NCBI RefSeq assembly: GCF_006345805.1
Contig: NW_021825702.1
Span: 1 to 14,587 of the forward strand
DNA: 14,587 nucleotides
Reading direction: 5' to 3'
Origin: Octopus sinensis
Taxonomy: Eukaryota
The notes below the pieces were generated by a model. The model was not told the DNA's origin, searched no databases, and saw only the letters and a list, made by a program, of their open reading frames with translations. Below, piece after piece: positions 8,386 through 14,587 of this stretch. Every line of letters begins with the position of its first letter. The first letter of the stretch is position 1. The position numbers and the translations under genes are program-made.

Positions 8386-8969
8386 TTCTTTTCTACTCTA
8401 GGCACAAGGCTCGATTTTTGGGGGCGGGGGGGGGAGTCGATTAGATCGATCCCAGTACGCAACTGGTACTTAATTTATCGACCTCGAAAGGATGAAAGGC
8501 AAAAGTGGACCTCGGCGGAATTTGAACTCAGAACGTAAAGACAGACGAAATACCTATTTCTTTACTACCCACAAGGGGCTAAACACAGAGAAGACAAACA
8601 AGGACAGACAAACGGATTAAGTCGATTATATCGACCCCAGTGCGTAACTGGTACTTATTTAATCGACCCCGAAAGGATGAAAGGCAAAGTCGACCTGGCT
8701 GGAATTTGAACTCAGAACATAGCGGCAGACGAAATACCTATTTCTTTACTACCCACAAGGGGCTAAACACAGAGAGGACAAACAAGGACAGACAAACGGA
8801 TTAAGTCGATTATATCGACCCCAGTGCGTAACTGGTACTTATTTAATCGACCCCGAAAGGATGAAAGGCAAAGTCGACCTCGGCGGAATTTGAACTCAGA
8901 ATGTAACGGCAGACGAAATACCGCTAAGCATTTTACCCGGTGCGCTTATGATTCTGCCAGCTCGCCGCT
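8386..8969 (-). mobile_element. SINE family C trimer (one head, three B-box/core units, 184-bp period)
   Basis: gaaatacc recurs at 8547, 8731 and 8915. Each unit has gagttcaaattcc and gcctttcatcctttc..ggtcgat..taagtaccag. One head gcggcgagctggcagaatc, tail ccttgtgcctagagtagaaaaga. Confidence 0.92.
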
Positions 8970-8989
8970 TTGATTAATAACAATAATAA

Positions 8990-9205
8990 TCTTTTCTACT
9001 ATAGGCATGAAGCATGAAATTTAGCGGAAGGGAACAAGTCGATTACATCGACCTCAGTGTTTCACTGGTACTTGATTTATTGACCCTGAAAGAATCAAAG
9101 GTAAAGTCGACCTCAGCAGAATTTGATCTCAGAGCGTATAAGACAGACAAAATGCCGCTCGGCATTTTGCCCGGCGTGCCGACAATTCTGCGAGTTCGCC
9201 GCCTT
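8990..9205 (-). mobile_element. SINE family C monomer (older), tail type 2
   Basis: Homologous head, core and ...cctatagtagaaaagattatt tail. Confidence 0.88.
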
Positions 9206-9372
9206 TCTAAAGATTATAATGGAAAATATTACAGCTGTGACCAGTCATAATTTTTTTTCTTTCCTTTGCCTCGTCAAGGACGGTACAGGTATGACATCGA
9301 TTATCTGGAACCTTCGGATTATTGATTTTTCCGGACCGGGGGTGGGGTGGGGGTCACCTCTAAATTTATCAA

Positions 9373-9600
9373 ATATTGGTTTCAAATTTTCGCACAAGGT
9401 TAGCAAGTTGAGTGGAGGGGTGGAGGGGGTTAAGCCGATTACATCAACCCCAATGCGTAATTGCTACTTATTTTATCGACCCCGAAAGAGATGTAAAGCA
9501 AATTCAACTTCGGCGGAATTTGAACTCAGAACGTAAGGACGGACGAAATGCCGCTAAGTTACTTTGCCCGGTGCACTACGGTTCTGTCAGCTCACCATCT
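9373..9600 (-). mobile_element. SINE family C monomer (diverged), tail type 3
   Basis: Homologous head and core; tail ccttgtgcgaaaatttgaaaccaatatt. Confidence 0.85.
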
Positions 9601-9626
9601 TAATAACAACAACAATAATAATAATA

Positions 9627-10164
9627 TGGCTCTCATGGCTGCTGATCTTAACTGATTGGAAGTGATATCATGTATACATTGTTTTGTCTTGGTATAAAAG
9701 ATGGGCTACAGCAAATATTCTGCTCAATACCACAGATTTGCTTGTCAGTTGTTTGACCTTAACCAGTTGAGCATGTCCCTTAGTGGCTGACAATATGTGC
9801 ATTTCTGATCATGAGCAGAAGTAGTGGGGGAGCATCATAGCCATGTGTTGAGAGGGATTCTTTGTAGTTTGAATAATTCACCTCTGGAAGCATGGGAGCT
9901 TCGTTCAACATCCTTAAACAACCCTTATTCAGGGACTTTTGGAGTGGGATGGGTTACTCGACCAGAAGAAAATTCTAACTAGGCCTCACCTGCAAAGTCA
10001 TGTGCTGTTAATCTTGATATGAGATCACCGTGTTGCGCACATATGTTTGCGATGCATGTGGCTGGTGTACCCTTATCAGACAGGTAGTTACGATGGGTAT
10101 ACTGGGCTTCTTATATTGTACCCCAGTGTCACTTTGATGGTATGCACTGCTCTCTCTCTCTCTC
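9627..10164 (+). mobile_element. Putative 3' end of a non-LTR retroelement within an (AAT)n tract (possibly Dong/R4-like)
   Basis: Higher-GC block with sharp borders, (AAC/AAT)n on the left and (AAT)n on the right, 3' hairpins, no long ORF. The clade is inference only. Confidence 0.45.
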
Positions 10165-10219
<55 letters not shown>

Positions 10220-10222
10220 TAA
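10165..10222. repeat. (AAT)n microsatellite
   Basis: Directly visible. Confidence 0.97.
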
Positions 10223-10276
10223 TAGAACAAATATGAAAATTACTTGAATAAATGAAATACAGGTATCTGTATGTTA

Positions 10277-10814
10277 TCTTTTATTTTTCACCTGTTCCAA
10301 TCATCAGACTGCGGTCATGCTGGGGCACCGCCTTGAAGAATTTTTAGTCGCATGAATTGACCCCCAATACTTTTTTTAACACTGGTACTTCTTCTATCGG
10401 TCCCTCTTGGCCGAACCGCTAAATTAATAGAAAAGTAAACAAACAAACACTGGCTCTTAAGCAGTGGTGGGATACACACATACACATACACGACGGTTTT
10501 TTTTTTCAGTTTCCGTCTACCAAATCCACTCAGAAGGCTTTAGTCGGCCCGGGGCTATAGAACAGTGGCTCCCAACCTGTGGTCCGCAAAGGTAGTACTG
10601 GGGATCCGAGAACATGTTAAGCTGACAGACTTTTCAATATTCTGGGGTCCGTGGAGAAGGGGTCCTTAGTAGTGAAATAAAAGGGGTCCTTGGTAGTGAA
10701 AAGGATAGGAACAGGTTCTACAACAGTAGAAGACACTTGCCCAAGGTACCACGCAGTGGGACCGAACCCGGAACCATGTAGTTGGGAAGCAAACTTCCAA
10801 CAACACAGCCACAC
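10277..10814 (-). mobile_element. Near full-length SINE family A (diverged), interrupted by a MITE
   Basis: Colinear with the reverse complement of 11336-11788 apart from the insertion after ggctatag. Confidence 0.9.
10563..10717. mobile_element. hAT (Charlie/MER5-like) MITE nested in SINE A
   Basis: Left TIR cagtggctcccaacct; degenerate right TIR aggataggaacaggtt (9/16); possible decayed 8-bp TSD ctatagaa/ctacaaca. Splits the SINE sequence ggctatag|tagaagacac. Confidence 0.75.
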
Positions 10815-10888
10815 TTGCTGTTATCTGTCTGTCTGTCGTTTTTTTTTCTGTTCAATAAATGTCCACCAAGCTAGCCAATGAGGCAGGC
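10815..10888. repeat. Left arm of an inverted duplication (partner 11853-11947)
   Basis: 43-bp exact reverse-complement match (10846-10888 vs 11853-11895) plus an 18-bp exact match at the outer ends. Confidence 0.95.
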
Positions 10889-10897
10889 CAATTAAGT

Positions 10898-11126
10898 AAT
10901 AAATGCACCCTTTTAAAGCCTAGCCAGGCTCATGGGCCCGGTTTCCCGGTTTCAATGGCGTATATGTTCCCCAGCTGGATGGGACGCCTGTTACTCACAG
11001 GTTTACTCATCTTTGCCAGCTGAGTGGACTGCTCAAGAACACAACGCGTCGCTCGGTCCAGGAATCGAAATCGCAATCTTACGATCATGATGCTGACACC
11101 CTAACCACTAAGCCACGCGTCTCCAC
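10898..11126 (-). mobile_element. tRNA-derived SINE family B
   Basis: Minus strand: A box tggcttagtgg, B box atttcgattcc, tgtgttcttgagca, tail gaaaccgggaaaccgggcccatgagcctggctaggctttaaaagggtgcattt. Confidence 0.88.
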
Positions 11127-11335
11127 AGTATAAATAATACTAGTTCAGTAATACCGTTTTGAGTAAAATACTCGTAAACTATTCTGTTGGCTGCAGGAAT
11201 TTGAAGTTCCTGCTCGTAAATTAATCCGGATTATACGAGATTCCGAATTATCAATGTTGGGAAATATGGTGCTGTACCTGTAATATCTAACGTATTTTCT
11301 ATTATTTCTATTTCTTTTTCTTAAACAATGGTATA

Positions 11336-11503
11336 GGCGTAGGAGTGGCTGTGTGGTAAGTAGCTTGCTTACGAACCACATGGTTCCGGGTTCAGTCCCA
11401 CTGCGTGGCACCTTGGGTAAGTGTCTTCTACTATAGCCTCGGGCTGACCAAGCCTTGTGAGTGGATTTGGTAGACGGAAACTGAAAGAAGCCCGTCGTAT
11501 ATA

Positions 11504-11569
<66 letters not shown>

Positions 11570-11788
11570 GTGTGTGTGTGTGCGTGTTTGTCTGTGTTTG
11601 TCCCCCCAACATCGCTTGACAACCGATGCTGGTGTGTTTACGTCCCCGTAACTTAGCGGTTCGGCAAAAAGAAGCCGATAAAATAAGTACTAGGCTTACA
11701 AAGAATAAGTCTTGGGGTCGATTTGCTCGACTAAAGGCGGTGCTCCAGCATGATCACGGTCACATGACTGAAACAAGTAAAAGAGTAA
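11336..11788 (+). mobile_element. Full-length tRNA-derived SINE family A with internal (TA)n(TG)n microsatellite
   Basis: A box TGGCTGTGTGG 11346-11356, B box GGTTCAGTCCC 11389-11399, CORE-like ccttgggtaagtgtctt, internal microsatellite 11498-11582, tail gtaaaagagtaa. Confidence 0.93.
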
Positions 11789-11805
11789 TTGGCATGTTGT
11801 GAGCT

Positions 11806-11868
11806 GAAGATGTTTTAGTTGCTATTTCTACACGGTCAGCGACCACGTAAAAGCCTGCCTCATTGGCT
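11806..11868 (-). mobile_element. Family D fragment
   Basis: tgctatttctacacggtcagcgaccacgtaaaagcc resembles the reverse complement of about 3935-3977. Confidence 0.55.
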
Positions 11869-11947
11869 AGCTTGGTGGACATTTATTGAACAGAAGAGAC
11901 AAAAAAAAAAAAAACAGACAGACAGACAAACAGACAGATAACAGCAA
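11853..11947. repeat. Right arm of the inverted duplication
   Basis: See 10815-10888. Confidence 0.95.
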
Positions 11948-12122
11948 TAGCAGCCGTAGCAGTAGTAGCAGTAGACGTTCAGTGACAGTTGCACTCTGGG
12001 AAGACATGGTTGGTTGGGTTGTCATGCTTAACTGGACAGAAAGACACGTCCTGATCTAATGTCGCTTACAACACTATCAAACTTTGTCGTCCATTGCACA
12101 TTAATAGTATTGCCATTGTTAC

Positions 12123-12855
12123 GTGTTGTTGTTGTTTTAGTTGTTGTTGTTGTTATTAGTGGTGGTGGTAGTTTGTGGTGGTGATGGTGTTGGTGGCTCG
12201 TAGTGGTGGTGGTGGTGTTAGGGTGATGTGAATATAGCGATGGGTACGTGGCGGGGGTTGGGCTGGTGGTGGTGGTGGTTTATGATGGCGATTAGAAGGT
12301 GGTGGTCACGGTTGTGGTTGTGCTGATGTAAATATGATAGATGGCGTTGTGGTGATCCATCCGGAGATGGTTTTGGTGATGGTTGTGGTTGCAGTAAATG
12401 AGGTGGTGATGAGGAGGCTGTCATGTGGATGTTTCGGTTGTAGTCACTGAGGCAGTTGAAGCTGTCCTTAATATAGATGTAAATGTGGTTGTGGTGGTGG
12501 TGGTAGTGGCAGTGGTGTGGAGGAGGTGGTAGTGGTGGTGGTGGTTTTGTTAGTTTAGGTGGTAGTAGTGGTGTTGGTGATAGTGGTGGTGGTGTTAGTG
12601 TTGGTAATGGTGTTGGTGGTGGTAGTGGTGGTGATAGTGGCAATGGTGTGGAGGAGGTGGTAGTGGTGGTGGTGGTTTTGTTAGTGTAGGTGGTAGTAGT
12701 GGTGTTGGTGCTGTTGGTGATAGTGGTGGCAGTAGTGGTGGTGGTGTTAGTGTTGGTAGTGATGGTGGTGGTGGTAGTGGTGGTGGTAGTAGGGGTATGG
12801 GTTATGGTGGTGGTGTTAGTGGTGGTAGTGTTGATGTTGATAGTGGTGGTAATGG
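12123..12855. repeat. (GTT/GGT/AGT)n low-complexity tract containing a ~131-bp tandem duplication (about 12504-12765)
   Basis: tggtgtggaggaggtggtagtggtggtggtggttttgttagt occurs twice, 131 bp apart. Confidence 0.9.
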
Positions 12856-12857
12856 TA

Positions 12858-13072
12858 CTTGTTCAGTCCCAGGTCAACCCTAATCGAGCAATTCTAGAAA
12901 TATAGACACTCCAAGCACGACCATCTCGTCTTTTTCCCAATGTGTAACTAAGCTATGATTACATTATCCAACTTGTCTCTTTCTATCACGACAGTTTATG
13001 AGTTGACATAGATTTCGCTGCTATTATTAGCACATAGAATGACCCTCCCCCCTACAGACTCCTTCATTAGTT
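12858..13072 (-). mobile_element. Family D repeat (diverged)
   Basis: Carries both family D end motifs (cccaggtcaaccctaatcgagca; agatttcgctgctatt). Confidence 0.6.
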
Positions 13073-13084
13073 GGTGATTATTGT

Positions 13085-13432
13085 AGAGGTGGTAGTAGTG
13101 TGGTAGTGGTTGTGATGGTTGATGTCGTAGTGGTTAGGAATTATTTTTCATGTGTTCATATGATGATTGGCACTGTGGTGGTGGTGGTGGTGGTGGTGAT
13201 GATGATGATGATGATGGTGGTAGTGGTGGTGGTGATAGAGGTGGTGGTGATGATGATGATGGTGGTGGTGGTGGTGGTGGTGATGGTGGTGGTGGTGGTG
13301 GTGATGATGATGGTGGTGATGGTGGTGGTGGGGATGATGATGATGGCGATGGTAATGGTGGTGGTGGTGGTGATGGCGGTGATGATGGTGGTTGTGTCGG
13401 TAGCAGTTGTAGTAGTGTTGGTGGTGGTAGCG

Positions 13433-13474
<42 letters not shown>

Positions 13475-13520
13475 ATGGTGGCGGTGGTGGTAGTGGGTGA
13501 TAGTGGTAGGGGTGGTGGCG
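13085..13520. repeat. (GGT/GAT/AGT)n trinucleotide array
   Basis: Directly visible. Confidence 0.95.
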
Positions 13521-13900
13521 AGGAGTGATTTTGTGATTGCTTTGCACTCCAGTGCACAACGATTGTTGCAACAACACCTTTGTGTCTTTAATTACGGCAA
13601 TAAAACGGTTGCGGTGGGAGCAGGGCGGGGGGTGGGGCGTGGGGGCAGACGGTGAGAAGGGGTGGTGCTGGTGGTAGTATTTATAGTAACAGTAGCCACT
13701 ACTACTACTACTACTACTAGAAACGGTTTATTAGAATATGTAAATAATAATAGCCGTAATAATAATAATGATAATAATAATAATAATAATAAAATAATGG
13801 CAGTAATGATTTATTTTATTAGCCACAGGGGCATCAGATGAGGGTCACATTACAATAATAATAATATCATCATCATTATCATCTTCATCATTATTATGAA

Positions 13901-14298
13901 GGCGGCGAGCTGGCAGAACCGTTAGCAAGCCGGGCGAAATGCTTAGCGGCATTTCGTCTGTCTTTATGTTCTGAGTTCAAATTCCGCCGAGGTCGACTTT
14001 GCCTTTCATCCTTTCGAGGTCGATAAATTAAGTACCAGTTACGCACAGGGGTCGATATAATCGACTTAATCCGTTTGTCTGTCTTTGTTTGTGCCCTCTG
14101 TGTTTAGCCCCTTGTGGGTAGTAAAGAAATTTCGTCTGTCTTTATGTTCAGAGTTCAAATTCTGCCGAGGTCGACTTTGCCTTTCATCCCTTTCGGGGTC
14201 GATAAATTAAGTACCAGTTGCGTACTGAGATCGATCTAATCGACTGGCCCCCTCACCTCCTACCAAATTTCAGGCCTTGTACCTATAGTAGAAAGGAT
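13901..14298 (+). mobile_element. SINE family C dimer
   Basis: Head ggcggcgagctggcagaaccgttagc, B box 13973-13985, second unit restarting at ttcgtctgtc 14131 (first at 13953), tail cctatagtagaaaggattatt. ATT/CAT repeats on both sides. Confidence 0.93.
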
Positions 14299-14560
14299 TA
14301 TTATCATTATTATTATTGTGATGATGATGATGATGATGATGAAGTAGAGGAGGAAGTGAAGGAGGGGAAGAAGAACTATATATATATATGTGCGTGTGTG
14401 TGTGTGTGTGTGTTGTGTGTGTGTGTAGCTAGATACATACTTACATATATATAACAGTCGTGTTTAAAATGATGCCGGATGATGATGATGATGATGCTGA
14501 AAGTGGTGATGATGATGATGACGACGACGACCGTGATGATGATGGTAATTGATAATATCA
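14299..14560. repeat. (ATT)n, (GAT)n, (TA)n and (TG)n microsatellites
   Basis: Directly visible. Confidence 0.9.
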
Positions 14561-14587
14561 TTAAGCCATCTAATTGCCAATCAATCA

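Noticed and set aside
8430-8930. Regularly spaced repeats suggestive of a CRISPR array
   Set aside because: Whole 184-bp units are repeated with no unique spacers; eukaryotic SINE context and no cas genes
9283-11283. Possible pogo/Tigger-like TIR ends (tacaggta near 9284 and tacctgta near 11275)
   Set aside because: Only about 8 bp of clear match; too short to call an element
12218-13577. Pro-rich, Gly/Asp-rich and Val-rich ORFs resembling extensin or membrane proteins
   Set aside because: Open in several frames on both strands because of (GGT/GAT)n repeats; no unique coding context
13614-13665. G-quadruplex-capable G-runs
   Set aside because: The motif is present, but low-complexity G tracts are common here and nothing indicates function

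Overview
Repeat-saturated, AT-rich eukaryotic non-coding DNA, probably intronic or intergenic. The SINE families and the extreme microsatellite load resemble an octopus (coleoid cephalopod) genome; this is recognition from memory, not verified. Almost all listed ORFs are artefacts of microsatellites or SINEs. The only clearly protein-derived segment is a 5'-truncated CR1-clade LINE 3' end (1312-1686, minus). The window holds three tRNA-headed SINE families (my labels A, B, C), an unclassified repeat (D), a hAT-like MITE nested in a SINE, a putative (AAT)n-associated non-LTR 3' end and a few weak candidate exons. Most interesting: (i) three degenerate minimal type-I hammerhead-ribozyme-like motifs in Penelope-like, (TA)n-abutting elements, two with an atypical CUGUNGA core and arranged as an inverted pair; (ii) a SINE present as monomer, dimer and 184-bp-period trimer with interchangeable tails; (iii) a near-perfect inverted duplication about 1 kb apart that spans a repeat/flank junction.
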